Origin: Octopus vulgaris
Taxonomy: Eukaryota
NCBI GenBank assembly: GCA_951406725.2
Contig: OX597833.1
Coordinates: 17,236,001 to 17,300,000, forward strand
Direction of reading: 5' to 3'
Length of the DNA stretch: 64,000 nt
The notes under the pieces were generated by a model. It did no database searches and was not told where the DNA came from. It saw only the letters and a program-made list of their open reading frames with translations. Each line of letters starts with the position of its first letter. Position 1 is the stretch's first letter. Below, piece after piece: positions 1 to 13,352 of the stretch. The position numbers were made by a program, and so were the translations under genes.

Positions 1-450
1 CTGGCATCCGTGCTAGAGGAGCACTAAGAGACCATCCGAGCATGATCTTTGCCAGAGCGGTTAACTGGCTTCCGTGCCAGTGACACGTAAAAAGCATCAT
101 TCGAGCATGATTATTACCAGTGTCGCCTTACTGGCACTTGTGCCGGTGGCATGTGAAAAAACATTCAAGCGAGGTTGTTGCCAGTGCCACTGGACTGGCT
201 CCTGTGCAGGTGGCACGTAAAAACCATTTGAGCGTGGCCGTTGCCAGTACCGCCTTGCTGGCCCTCGTGCCAGTGACACGTAAAAGCACCCACTTACACT
301 CTTGGAGTGGTTGGCGTTAGGAAGGGCATCTAGCTGTAGAAACTCTGCCAGATCAGATTGGAGCCTGGTGCAGCCATCTGGTTTGCCAGTAATCAGTCAA
401 ATCGTCCGACCCATGCTAGCATGGAAAGTGGACGTTAAACAATGATGATG
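1..450 (+). mobile_element. SINE family E, 3' part, with internal ~63-bp tandem repeats and (GAT)n tail
   Basis: Repeated unit GTGCC(A/G)GTG(A/G)CACGTAAAA..., then GGTTGGCGTTAGGAAGGGCATC..., ending GGACGTTAAACAATGATGATG. The same tail recurs at 1090-1222 and 2660-2900. Confidence 0.75.
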
Positions 451-519
451 ATATATACATACACCAGCCCATTAAAAGATCAGTTTATACAGAACCTTAG
501 TTCTGACTACAGAACCTTA

Positions 520-1060
520 GTTCTGACCCCTTGTACAGCTCAGACTTGTAGGTCATTTATCGACATCACCTACAATTCCTTGAGCAACAGCATCAGCCTT
601 CACATCATCCTTAGCATCTGCTAAAGTGGCTTTGTCACTAGTAACACAGTCCAAGAGCAGGCAAATGTCACCAGTACTGAAGCAACTCTGCTGAAGACAC
701 TGCTACACTGGACAGGACACTTCACTGAGAAGGAAGATCATTATCAATTTCCCAAGATCATGCTATATGACAAATTCTCTTCTGGTCAATGTGATAAAGG
801 AACACCAAAGGAGTCCAAAGACCCCCTAAAGAAATCCTTTCGTTCCAACCACAGTGACCATTACCAGTGGTCAGTTCTTGCAGCTGACCATGAAACCTGG
901 CATCTCAACATCCACTGAGTAGCAGCCTCCTTTGAAGATACCCACAGGACCATCCTTGGAGATGAAAGAAAAAGGAGGAAAAACAAGGACACTGTGACCA
1001 GCCCTGATCTGTCTGCTTTCACATATCACATTCATCAGGTCTCAGTAAGCTTGCAACAGA
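520..1060 (+). pseudogene. RTE-clade LINE ORF C-terminal fragment (stops and frameshifts)
   Basis: Manual translation LLKTLLHWTGH...FPKIMLYDKFSSGQCDKGTPK..KDPLKKS..QWSVLAADHETW resembles the RTE motifs QLRWAGHVxRM..LPKxxLYGEL..G.R..G.PKKR.KD.LK..W..LAADR..W. Confidence 0.8.
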
Positions 1061-1089
1061 CATGGTCATCCCACTTTTAGAAATTTTCA

Positions 1090-1222
1090 GTCATCCAGCT
1101 GTAGAAACTCTGCCAGATCAGATTGGAGCCAGGTGCAGCCATCTGGCTTGACAGTCCTCAGTCAAACCATCCAACTCAAACCAGCATGGAAAGCGGACGT
1201 TAACGATGATGATGATGATGAT
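1090..1222 (+). mobile_element. SINE family E 3' fragment
   Basis: Near-identical to 327-450; (GAT)n tail. Confidence 0.75.
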
Positions 1223-1287
1223 ATACACACACACAGACATACATTCACATACAATATGCCTATATATATATATATAAGAAAAATATA

Positions 1288-1708
1288 GGCATAGGAGAAG
1301 CTGTGTGGTAAGTAGCTTGCTTACCAACCACATGGTTCCGGGTTCAGTCCCACTGCGTGGCATCTTGGGCAAGTGTCTTCTACAAGAGCCTCGGGCTGAC
1401 CAAAGCCTTGTGAGTGGATTTGGTAGACGGAAACTGAAAGAAGCCTGTTGTATATGTGTGTATATATATATATGTACATATGTATGTGTGTTTATGTTTG
1501 TGTGTCTGTGTTTGTCCTACCAACATCACTTGACAACCAATGCAGGTGTGTTTACATCCTCGTAACTTAGCGGTTCAGCAAAAGAGACCGATAGAATAAA
1601 TACTAGGCTTACAAAGAATAAGTCCTGGGGTGATATTTGCTCAATTAAAGGTGGTGCTCCAGCATGGCCACAGTCAAATGACTGAAACAAGTAAATGAGT
1701 AAAAGAGT
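1288..1708 (+). mobile_element. SINE family A (tRNA-like head, internal microsatellite, AGTAAAAG tail)
   Basis: Head GCTGTGTGGTAAG...GGGTTCAGTCCC (A/B-box-like), central (TA)/(TG) tract, 3' GGTGCTCCAGCATGGCC..CAGTCAAATGACTGAAACAAGTAAA. More than 15 copies in the window. Confidence 0.85.
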
Positions 1709-2015
1709 ATATACACACACATACATACATTCACCTACAGTGCATGAGTGTGTGTATATATATATATATAAATAAAAGTTCAAATAAAGGTTACAAACCT
1801 CATTAAGGGATAATAAAAGCCAATGAATATACTGGTTTATTAATTATTACAAAAGTGTTGAATATTACAATTAATATTCAAGTTTAAGGTAACTGGGTAA
1901 ACCAGGGGTTTATGAATCGGAACAGCTGTCAGAGATGATGTCCTATTTTATAATTAATAAATAATTATTAATTTAATTATCTCTCTGTTTTCTAATTTTC
2001 TTTTATATATATATA

Positions 2016-2411
2016 CTAGCAGTATAGCCCCGGCGTTGCTCGGGTTTGTAAGGGAAATAACTATATAAGCATTTTTAGAGATGTAAAGTATAATAGCCAT
2101 CTCAATATGGCTAACCACAAAGGGGGGTGTTACTGTAGCTTTTTACTTTCTGAGATTTAATAATACATTTTTAGAGAGTTACTTCCCTTATATAATTGCA
2201 AAAAAATGCATTAAAAATAGGGAAAAATTATGGTAAATTTTTTTTTAAATTGTAGACTCATCGTAGATGCACGCTAATACCCAGAAGGGCTCAATATGAA
2301 TCACGACTATAAGATACCCGGTTTTGGTTAAACTGCACCGCAAAATGTGGGAGTAGTTAGGAATCTAAATCGTAGGAGACAGACACACAACTTCACTTTT
2401 ATACATAAAGA
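2016..2411 (-). mobile_element. Non-autonomous Helitron
   Basis: On the minus strand it starts A|TC, has the subterminal hairpin CCCGAGCAACGCCGGG and ends CTAG|T. A second copy lies at 33173-33474. Confidence 0.8.
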
Positions 2412-2488
2412 TATATATATATATATAGATAGATATGGATGGATGGATGGATACAAAGAGAGGTAGACTGACAAATAGACAGACAGAC

Positions 2489-2567
<79 letters not shown>

Positions 2568-2642
2568 CAAACAGACAGATAGTGAGATAGATACATACAT
2601 ACATATAGATAAATAGATAGATAAACAGACAGACATAGATAG
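2412..2642. repeat. Compound (TA)/(GGAT)/(GATA)n microsatellite
   Basis: Direct inspection. Confidence 0.95.
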
Positions 2643-2659
2643 GTTTCACATAAAAAGCA

Positions 2660-2900
2660 CAATTCCCAGTGCCACGTATAAAGTGCAAGTGTCAGGTGTA
2701 AAGCATTGGCGGTAGTGCCACATAAAAAGCGCCCCATACACTTTGTAAAGTGGTTGATGTTAGGAAGGGCATCCAGTCACAGGAACCATGCCAAAACAGA
2801 CAAATTGAAGCCCAGGCAGCTCTCCAGCTGGCTACCTCTTATCAAAGCGTCCAACCCATGACAGCATGGAGAACAGACGTTAAATGAAGATGATGATGAT
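2660..2900 (+). mobile_element. Degenerate SINE family E
   Basis: TTAGGAAGGGCATCCAG core and GACGTTAAATGAAGATGATG tail. Confidence 0.6.
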
Positions 2901-2909
2901 TTCTGTGTA

Positions 2910-3190
2910 GGCATGGCTGTACAGTTAAGAAGCTCGCTTTACAACTACGTGGTTTCGGGTTCAATCCTACATGCCACCTTGGACAAATGTCTAATATAGC
3001 TCCAGGCTGCTTGATGCCTAATCAGTAAATTTGGTAACGGGAATTATGTGAAAATCCGTCATATGGTTGGCAAAAGGTAACGGTTAGTCTACATGCTTGC
3101 CTGTAACTTAGCGGTTCGGTAAAGAGATCGATAAAATAAAAACCATACTTTAAAAAACGTATGCAGTGGGTCAGTTTTTGTTTTTTTTTT
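2910..3190 (+). mobile_element. Degenerate SINE family A
   Basis: GGGTTCAATCC B box; CTGTAACTTAGCGGTTCGG..GATCGATAAAATAA. Confidence 0.6.
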
Positions 3191-3467
3191 CTTGTGCCAT
3201 GGATTGGTCGTAGCACGACTATAACGAGAAGACGGAAAATAAAGCATACACTGTACACTTAGATCGCCAGTATGCTCGATAAACATCAAGTGATTGCTAC
3301 ACGAAGAGATCGGGTTTCGTATCAAGGAAGAATATAAACTCTTAATGAAATCTACGGAAGAATCAGCTGTCTTTACGTCTGTGTGCATGCGCGCGCGTAT
3401 GCATAGTATGGTCACTCTTAAAAAGACCTTCAGGTCGAAACGGCCTTTGTATGACCTCTTGAATATA

Positions 3468-3498
<31 letters not shown>

Positions 3499-3720
3499 TT
3501 AATAACTTTACATTCGTACCTTATACAGAATACCAAATCTGAAAATACTTCGTTCGAATCCAATCAACGTAAAAAAAAGCACACACACACACACGCACAT
3601 GTAAAAGAAGAAAGCACACACACACACTATATATATATAAAGCAGATACTATATGTATGTAGTATGCAATGGGGCCGATTTTTATTCTCATGTGCCCTGG
3701 ACTGGTTGCAGTAAAAGACC

Positions 3721-3797
<77 letters not shown>

Positions 3798-4454
3798 AAC
3801 ACAGACCATGGTGCTTTAGCATCAATGAAAACGATTGTTTTCTTAATTGCCAGGGGTTAAATTCGAAGGATATGGATAACTAAGTTTTGCTTCCGTTGTT
3901 TAATTAGGTTTAAATGTTGCCAATAATTATCAGATTAATGAATCCTCCACCACCAACGCAGTAATTTAGAAAAAAAAAATTATTGGGGTCCCATATGTTA
4001 GGAAAGAGTTATAGCCAATTTTATTCAGCCACTTCAAGACAGGTTAGAGTTTATCAACATCGTGTGGATGAAAGGTAAAGTTAGTCCCGAGAAGAAAGGT
4101 AGTCTTTTTTTTCCGATTAAGTTCGAATAATACCTTTCGACAATCACGGGGTAGGGGTTTAAATCGACCGTAGTACTTTACTGATATTTATTTTTGATCG
4201 AACCTGGATGAATGAAAGACAAAAACGTCTCGGGTGAAATTTGAACTCAGTTGATGCGAAGGAAAAGTAAATAAAATGTTGCGAAGAGGCTTCGTCACTT
4301 AATGTCACAAAACAAAAACATATATATTCTATTTGTGACGAGTTGTTTCTCGAAGTCCCATAAGCAAGTGGATAGTAAGAGACATCAGAGTTAAAACTGC
4401 GTACTAAGTACGAACTATTTCCATGCAGAACATTTTGGGAGGACGAGACAGTGA

Positions 4455-4528
4455 TGGAATACGAACCCTATATCCTTTGGTCAGTAGTCTGAGTGACACC
4501 GCACTAACTAGGTCAGCTGCAGCTGTCA
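4455..4528 (-). mobile_element. Degenerate tRNA-derived SINE head
   Basis: Minus strand GCAGCTGACCTAGTTAG...AGGGTTCGTATTCC with A/B-box spacing. Confidence 0.35.
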
Positions 4529-5365
4529 TTAGCAAATGTAGTTCGCGGTAAATGGGAGAAAGAGTTTGTCCACTGCATATACTGATGGCCAGTAGGCAAA
4601 CCACAAGCATTCGTTTCTGAGATTATGAATTGATATCACAATGAAACGACCGTCTCTGCTTATTTTCTTCTTAAATATTTAGTCACTGATCTTATGATTT
4701 TGCCTTATGAATAAAAAGTTTTATTTCGTTTTTGTTTTTTCCGAAATTTACCAAATAAAAAAAACTGATAAATTTCAATCGTATTATTGAAGAATGCGAA
4801 CGAGAGATAATAATACTAATATAAAGCTGTATACGCTTGCTAAACAAAAGAACTGTTCTTTTGTGGCTCTTGACTTCAGGTCACTTTTATGTAATAATAA
4901 TAATAATGATAATGATAATAATAAAACAGAACCAAAAAGACAAATTGTCAACAGAAAGTGCCACGAAAAGAATATGAAAAAGGCCAGGACTTGGCGCTTA
5001 TTCTATCTAACACAGAAAAATGTGGAATAACAACAATGAACATGAAATTGACAAACAGATCTGAAGCATGCAGTTTTGAAATCTGATCGTTTTTAGTTAG
5101 CCACTAAGCGATTACAAGGCGTATGGAGAGACAGAGAGAGAGAAGACGATGAAGAAGAAAAAAAATCGAATGCAAATGGACTGCAATATATATTTGAAAA
5201 TGGTAGCAGGCGAAGAAGGGAAAAAAAAGATATTGAACAACTCTCTCTGTATATATATACAACAGTAATAGAACCGAACTGGTGGTGGAAGTTGATACAT
5301 CATATATATATATATCATATGCACGGGCATATCGATGATTCAATTATAATAGGGAATTCCAATTA

Positions 5366-5802
<437 letters not shown>

Positions 5803-6062
5803 ATAATCTGGTGTTTCGTTTTAAGTGGAAGAGAAAATATGGAAACAATAAATCTAAATACTAACAATGGTTTGTTTATAATAATGATGATGATGATGAT
5901 AACGATGATTTTATTTATTTATCATTATTATTATTATTATTATTATTATTGGCAATAGTGATGCTGAAGATAATAGTATAGAATAACGTGATTTAATATC
6001 GATACTTAATATATATACTTCAGCATTTTTGTCATAAAATGACCACACACACAGATATATAT

Positions 6063-6108
<46 letters not shown>

Positions 6109-6374
6109 TTCATCAAATATAGAAATGTCTTTTCTTTTCCTTTTTCTTTTTTCATCTAAAAGAGATATGGTCAGTTGCGTATTTGTATTTATGTATGTCA
6201 AAAGTGCTGGGAATGAAAATAGTCAAAAACGTGTTTAAAGCAAACGAAAATAATAAACCTTTTTTACATATTTAAGTTTAGCAGAGGCTGACCAGGTTTT
6301 TAGAAATTAAACCATTTAAGTTTGGCCAAGAATCGATAGTCTTCACGCTAGAATGATTGCAATACTGTAGAATT

Positions 6375-6688
6375 ACATATATATATACATATACATATAT
6401 ATACACACATATATATATATATATACATATATATATACATATATTTATATATATATATACATATATATATATATTTATATATATATATACATATATATAT
6501 ACATATATTTATATATATATATACATACATATATATACATATATATTTATATATATACATACATATATATACATATATTTATATATATATACATATATCT
6601 ATATATATATATACATATATTTATATATATATATATATACATATATTTATATATATATATATACATATATTTATATATATATATATAC

Positions 6689-6719
<31 letters not shown>

Positions 6720-6821
6720 TATATTTATATATATATACATATATTTATATATATATATACATATATATAAATATATATATACATATATAGTAAATACACA
6801 CACACACACACAATATATATA

Positions 6822-6871
<50 letters not shown>

Positions 6872-6910
6872 TTTTTATATAATATATATATATATAAATG
6901 TATGTATGTA
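6375..6910. repeat. Compound (TA)n microsatellite
   Basis: Direct inspection. Confidence 0.95.
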
Positions 6911-7253
6911 TAAAGGTGTCATTAATAAGGTATGACGAAAGGACAAGTGGAATATGAATGTATATGTGGCTATTTCGTGGCTCAAGTGCGTAGAGGTAAA
7001 TATATAAATACATCAGAGCGTATAAAATGCGTTGTAACTTATGTGTATAAAAAAAGCCAGAGATGTGAAGGTTTGTGTTTATTGTATGTGTGTGAGACTC
7101 TGTCCTTTTCAGACGGTCAAGTCGCGGTTACAACAAACACGAAAACCGTGTGTTGAGTAGGTATATGATAAGATCAGATCCAGAGTTCTAGCAGCGAAAG
7201 GGGAAGATGTCTTGGGAATAGAGTTTGTGGCGGCTAACAAAATAAACACTCAC

Positions 7254-7285
7254 CATACATATAATGAACTCCGGGCCTTCGCCAT
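7254..7285 (-). CDS. Candidate first coding exon (MAKARSSLYV-, phase 2) of an unidentified gene
   Basis: GATGGCG start context, consensus donor TG|GTGAGT at 7253, ETS-like ACCGGAAAT near 7345-7353, unique CpG-containing sequence. No downstream exon identified. Confidence 0.3.
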
Positions 7286-9872
7286 CAGACGGTGTAGTTG
7301 ACAAATTACACGGTGTTAGAGGAATGTGTAAACGGAAAATAAAATTTCCGGTGGGGAATTTTAACAGTTTGAAAATTAACAAGTCTAAAAGAAATTTAAA
7401 CGGATCAACAACATATAGAATGGGAATATATTAAAAGTTATGATGGTTAATCGAGAAATTCTTTCGTTTTATTTGGTTTCTTTGTGTTTTGATGTCTGAG
7501 TGGAAAGCTGTTTATTCGTTAAGTGACAGCTAAGGACACACCGGTTTATTTTGCATTACTTGCAAGTGCTTGTGACATTCGATTGAAAGAACTGCTATTT
7601 AAGATTGATATATAAAAAAATAATAAAGGAGAGGGTGACAGAGAAAGACAAAAGGCAAAAAAAGCTGTCGGGCAAATTTTATTATCAACTATGTAATACA
7701 TTTATTAACAGATTTCTTGTAGAAAATAATAATTATATTTTAAAATAACAATGCTTGCTCAAACAAACTTCTAATTAAAAAAAAAATATTTTGCATATAT
7801 TTTTTTTTCTCGGAGTGGTCAGTAATTACAGATGTTTATTTTAGAATACAATTTTTTTCTTTTTCTTTTTAGTATGTTAATATGGTTGAGTAGAATTTGT
7901 CACTCTGTTATATAGATAGCTATGCTGCGAATTTAAAACTTTTTTGAAATAAAAAAAAATAATTAAATAATTTAGTATATGGGTAAAAAAAATAAATAAA
8001 TATGATTTAATTAAGGTTAGGTCATATTGAACCTGGTTCGAAATAGAAGAAAATCTTCTTCAGATTAGAATGGAATTTAGTTTATAGCTGATCAGGTTAC
8101 ATTGACAAACTTAAAACACATTCGATATCTTGAACTGTTGTTGAAAATGAACAGGCTTTTGGCAAAAAAATATTTATTGCATAACTAATGATTGACAGAG
8201 TTACGAAATCGTTGTTATATCTTTCCAGCTTTAGGTGTACCATAATATTGGATTTTACTGTTCGTTTACTAGCACTTACACTCAGAAAAACAGGAAATCA
8301 TTTCTAATTTGTCTAATATGCGATGCCTAAGATATTTTCTAGCGACAAATATTGAGTGAAGCCCATGAGACAAGTCTGTTAAGTAGGCAAGCTAAAGCAG
8401 TCAGGTCCAGTTTTCGTTCGTCCAACTAGCCAGCGGCTAGCTACTTTCAATGTATTAATGGTGTTCTTACTTAAATTAACTACCCTTCCGAATATTAGCT
8501 CGCATTTTATTTTTATTTGTTTAGCTTACATTTACATGGAAAAGAAAACTTCGTGCTTTGAAAATGACCATTTAAATGTTATATCAAAATAAGTACTTAT
8601 TTTCTTAAGTATTATTACTGTTTGCGTGAAATAAAATTTGTTCTTTTACAAGGGATTGTTAAATAATAAAAGTGTCAATTAAATTTGGGGGAAATATTCA
8701 CCATTCCTTCGTTCAAATAATAAACTATAATAGGTAAATTGCTTTAAAACTTTGTAAATAGTCTAGATTCAAACATACTGGATTTAGTAAAAATAGTACC
8801 GGATGATAAATTTAGAAATTTTATTTCATTTTATTATTATTATTTTTTTTTTACTTTCTGTTGACTTTGTGAATGAAGATTTGCGTAACAAAAATAAAAT
8901 AGAATGGAATTAATTAAAACAAATATAATTTAAAAGACAATCCACTCATTGCATTTTAATGAGATATGAGTTCAACTTCATTAAACTAATTTGTCTGTTG
9001 TTAATTATTGTGGTAAACTTGAAATGACAGGAAGGAAGGAAGGAAGGTGGGGAAGGAATGAAGGAAAGTAAGTGGGGGGAAGGTAAGAAAGAAAGAAAGA
9101 AAGAAAGAAAGAAAAGAGTGACGGAAAAGAAAGAAAGAAAGAAAGAAAAAAGAGACAGAAAAGAAAAAGAAAGAATTCTTCTGGATCAATGAGTCATGCT
9201 GCAAGTTTGTAACATCCGTTATAAACACCACACTACCACCAACACCACTACCAACACCACCACCAACACTACCACTAACACCTCAAAGTGACAGTTTATA
9301 CCTTCTTACGCGGAAGATATTAAAAAAAGAAAAACTTCTATAAGAAATATTATTTAAAGACCATTGACGAGTATATACTTATACAGATATATATATATAT
9401 TTCCTAAGTTATTTTAGTATGTAGTAGACATGAAGTGTGTCGCTATACTGAAGATGGGAAACATGAGCCCGCAGGCTAAGGTTTAATTTTTTTGATTGGG
9501 ACAGTTGCACTAAGTGCTGTTGGGAATATGTAACTCTTCAGTCTCTTGTAAAATTAATCATTGATTTGTTACATATGCATGAGTCGGGTCAAATTTCGAG
9601 AAGGAGCTGCTTATCTCCTATCCCTTTCCTCTGGGCATAATATTCTTGGGTTCGGGGAAAGATATAAACGATTTTCACACAGAAAAGAAGAAAAAAAAAG
9701 CTCCACTATTTTGACAAAGAACGCTAGAAGGATAAAACAATGGTTTCATACCTCTTAGCAATCGTTAAGTGTTATGCAATAAATGTTTTTTTCCTCCACT
9801 TCCAATAACAGAAGCTTTAACTTCTAAGTTCTAGAATATCGAAAGTGTTTCAAGTTTGTCTATGTGGCTTTT

Positions 9873-10628
9873 AAATTTTGGTAGAAGGCCAGCAATTTTG
9901 TGGGAGAGGTAAGACGATTACATCGATCTTCAGTACTCAACTGCCAATTGTTTTATCGGCCTCGAAAGGATAAAAGGCAAAGTCGGCCCCGGCGGGATTT
10001 GAACTCAGAACGGATATTTGGAAGAAATACCTATTTCTTTACTACCCACAAGGGGCTAAACACAGATGAGACAAACAAGGACTGACAGACGGATTAAGTC
10101 GATTATATCGACCCCAGGGCGTAACTGGTACTTAATTTATCGAGCCCGAAAGGATGAAAGGCAAAGTCGACCTCGGCGGAATTTGAACTCAGAACGTAAC
10201 GGCAGACGAAATACCTATTTCTTTTACTACCCACAAGAGGCTAAACATAGAGGGGACAAACAAGGACAGACAAACGGATTAAGTCGATTACATCGACCCC
10301 AGTGCGTAACTGGTACTTATTTAATCGACCCCGAAAGAATGAAAGGCAAAGTCGACCGCGGCGGAATTTGAACTCAGAACGTAACGGCAGAAGAAATACT
10401 TATTTCTTTACTACCCACAAGGGGCTAAACACAGAAGGGACAAACAAGGACAGACATAGGTATTAAGTCGATTAAATCGACTCCAGTGCGTAACTGGTAA
10501 TTAATTTATCGACCCCGAAAGGATGAAAGGCAAAGTCGACCTCGGCGGAATTTGAACTCAGAACATATCGGCAGACGAAATACCGCTAAGCATTTTGTCC
10601 GGTGTGGTAACGATTCTGCCAGCTCGCC
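9873..10628 (-). mobile_element. SINE family B tetramer (head plus four units, 184-185 bp period)
   Basis: GGTATTTC junctions at about 10584, 10400, 10215 and 10031. B box GAGTTCAAATTCC; core GGTCGACTTTGCCTTTCATCCTTTCGGGGTCGATAAA, Meta-domain-like from recall. Confidence 0.9.
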
Positions 10629-10654
10629 AACTTTTATAACAGTAATAATCGTTG

Positions 10655-10860
10655 CTGCTATAGGCACAAAGTCAGAAACTTTGAGAAAGGGGACTAGTCG
10701 ATAGCATCAACCCCAGTGCTCAACTAGTACTTATTTTATAGACCCCGAAAGGATGAAAAGCAAAGTCGACCTCGGCGGAATTTGAGCTAAGAACGTCAAG
10801 TCGAAAGAAATGCCGTTAAGCAATTTGTCCGGCGCAATAATGATTCTCTTAGCTCGCCCG
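10655..10860 (-). mobile_element. SINE family B monomer, tail type 1
   Basis: Same core, ending in a ...TTGTGCCTATAG-type tail. Confidence 0.75.
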
Positions 10861-10867
10861 CTTTAAT

Positions 10868-11825
10868 ATGGTTGTGTGGTAAGCTGTTTGCTTTCCAACT
10901 ACGTGATTCTGGGTTCAGTCCTACTGGTGGCACTTTGGACCTGTGTCTTCTACAATAGCCGCGGACTGACCATAGTGTTTTGAGTAAAGCCAGGTGAGTA
11001 GAATTGGAAAACGGAAAATGAAAGAAGCCTGTCGTAGATATTTGCGTGTGTATGTGTGTATGCCTTTGAGTTTATCCACCAAGACGCTTAACAACCGATG
11101 TTGACTCGATTACGTCCCCACATAGCGGTTAATCAAAAGAAACCGATAGAATGAGTACTAGGTTTAAAGATAAGTACTTGGATAAATTTGTTCGACTAGA
11201 CCTTTCAAGGCAGGAGCCCGATATAGCCGCAATCTATTGGGTTGTCCGGAAAGTTCGTGCCGATTTATAGCAGCTTACCTTTCGACTTATTTTAGAACAT
11301 AGTTGAGTCCGTAAAATAAGATTTCACTACACTTCCATTTAGAGCACAGTTTAAGCTATCTTTTCGTGGAAGAAGGTTTATGTTCCTATAACCTGTGTTA
11401 ATTCTGTAACCCTTTAAAATGGAAGATAAGAAAGTTCATTTTCGGCACTTGATGCTTTGGGAACCAGACAAAAATTGCTGCAGTTCGGCTGGGATGTGTA
11501 ACCCCACCCTCCATATTCACCAGATATTGCTACTTCGGATTTCCTCTTATTCAGGTCTCTGCAGAATAGTCTTAATTGTAAAAATTTCAATTCCTTGGAT
11601 GACGTAAAAAGATACCTTGATGAATTCTTTGCCATGAAACCACCTCAATTCTGGAAAGAGGGTATTTTCAAATTAAAGGAAAGATGGAGACGCATTGTGC
11701 AACAAAATGGTTCATATTTGGTTGATTAAAAAGGTAATGACATGTATTTATTGACCTTTTCCTTTCCTTTAAAAAATCGGCACGAACTTCGGACAACCCA
11801 ATAATATATGACACAAGTAAAAGAT
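10868..11825 (+). mobile_element. Degenerate SINE family A interrupted by a mariner element
   Basis: Head at 10868; the 3' tail resumes (ACAAGTAAAAGATA) after 11803. Confidence 0.7.
11237..11801 (+). mobile_element. Internally deleted mariner transposon (mellifera-subfamily-like)
   Basis: TA TSD; TIR TTGGGTTGTCCGGAAAGTTCGTGCCGATTT. N-terminus MEDKKVHFRHLMLWE is joined to C-terminus HPPYSPDIATSDFLLFRSLQNSL...GIFKLKERWRRIVQQNGSY (YSPDLAPSD motif). Confidence 0.92.
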
Positions 11826-12174
11826 ACATCTCCACTTTCCTTTTCAAATCCTATAGGACGTCATTTTTCATTGCCTCACCTCAACCCATGTCTCGTTCTG
11901 AAGTTTCCTCAGAGAGGCACGGCTTTACATTTGTTTGTATATTTACATTCGTACCAATAACTTTGCCGTGTTTGTTTGCGTCACCGTCTTCTACGTTCGT
12001 TCATTATTCCCAGCAGCTCTTTGCTGTTGACGTCACTATAATGAACAATATTGTTAAAGGCGTGAGACTGTTATGGTTTTTGAACGATAACTGACATGGA
12101 AAGAGCATGTCCATGTATTATGTGTGAATTTTCTTTTTGTTCTTGTGTCATCTTCCAGTTTAGTTTTTTAATAT

Positions 12175-12495
12175 ATGGCTCAGTAGTTTGAGCGTCGGGC
12201 TCACAATCATGATGTAGTGAGTTCGATTTCCGGACCAGGCTCTGTGTTGAGTTCTTTAGCAAGACACTTTATTTCATGTTGCTCCAGTTCACTCAGCTGT
12301 AGAAATGAGTTCCGATGTCACTGGTGCCAAACTGTATCGGCTTTTGCCTTTCCTTTGGATAACATCAGTGGTGTGGAGAGGAGAGGCTGGAATGCGTGGG
12401 CGACTGCTGGTCTTCCAACCTTACCTGGACTTGTGCCTTGGAAGGGAACTTTCTGGGTGCAATCCCATGGTCATTCATGGCCGAGGTGGAGATCT
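12175..12495 (+). mobile_element. SINE family D (tRNA head plus CORE-like domain)
   Basis: TGGCTCAGTAG A box, GAGTTCGATTTCC B box, GCAAGACACTTTATTTC..GCTCCAGTTCACTCAGCTGTAGAAATGAGT; matches 33758-34063. Confidence 0.8.
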
Positions 12496-12530
12496 TTATA
12501 TATATAAATCTTTTGTAAAAAATATAAGTA

Positions 12531-12837
12531 TCAGCGTAAGCAGTGATAAGGAATAAACGAAAATTAGACAAGTTTAAATATGTTTGTACATATTTTAACT
12601 TCTAAAGGCAAATACACTGCAGTTTACTATGGAGAAAAAAATACTTGCTTAGGCGCAAGCGTGACTGTGTGGTAAGAAGTTTACTTCCCAACCACATGGT
12701 TCCGGGTTCAGTCCCACTGCGTGGCACCTTGGACAAGTGTCTTCTACTATAGTCTCGGGCCGACCAAAGATTTGTCAGTGGATTTGGCAGACGGAAACTG
12801 AAAGAAGCACAGCGTATATGTATGTGTGTGTGGTGTG

Positions 12838-12897
<60 letters not shown>

Positions 12898-13352
12898 CAG
12901 TGTGTCTGTGTTTGTCCATACCACCGTCGTTTGACAACCAATGCTGGTGTGTTTACGTCCCCGTAACTTAGTGGTTCCGCAAAAGAATTCGATAGAATAA
13001 GTACTAGGCTTACAAAGAATAAGTCCTGGGGTCGATTTGCTCGACTAAAGGCGGTGCTCCAGCATGGCCACAGTCAAATGACTGAAACAAGTAAAAGAAT
13101 AGAAGAACGGTAAAAGGCGTAAGAACCCCTTTTCTGCCCAGCTTCGCCCCGTCTCGGATTCCTAGATACGTTTCTGACTCTCTTTAGCCTTCCTCAGTCG
13201 GAGATATCGAAGAGAGACAACCCTGGACAGATTATAATGCCACAGCTTTATCTTCGAAACGCGGTAAATTTGCCTTTAGAAGTTAAAATATATCGCAAAC
13301 GTATGTGAACTAATCTGAGGTTCGTTTATTCATCATCACTGCTTAGCGCTGA
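12531..13352. mobile_element. Putative old MITE (imperfect ~33-bp TIRs, TA flanks) containing a SINE A insertion
   Basis: TCAGCGTAAGCAGTGATAAGGAATAAACGAA versus inverted TTCGTTTATTCATCATCACTGCTTAGCGCTGA. Confidence 0.45.
12651..13100 (+). mobile_element. SINE family A, full length
   Basis: As 1288-1708, with a (TG)n centre. Confidence 0.9.
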
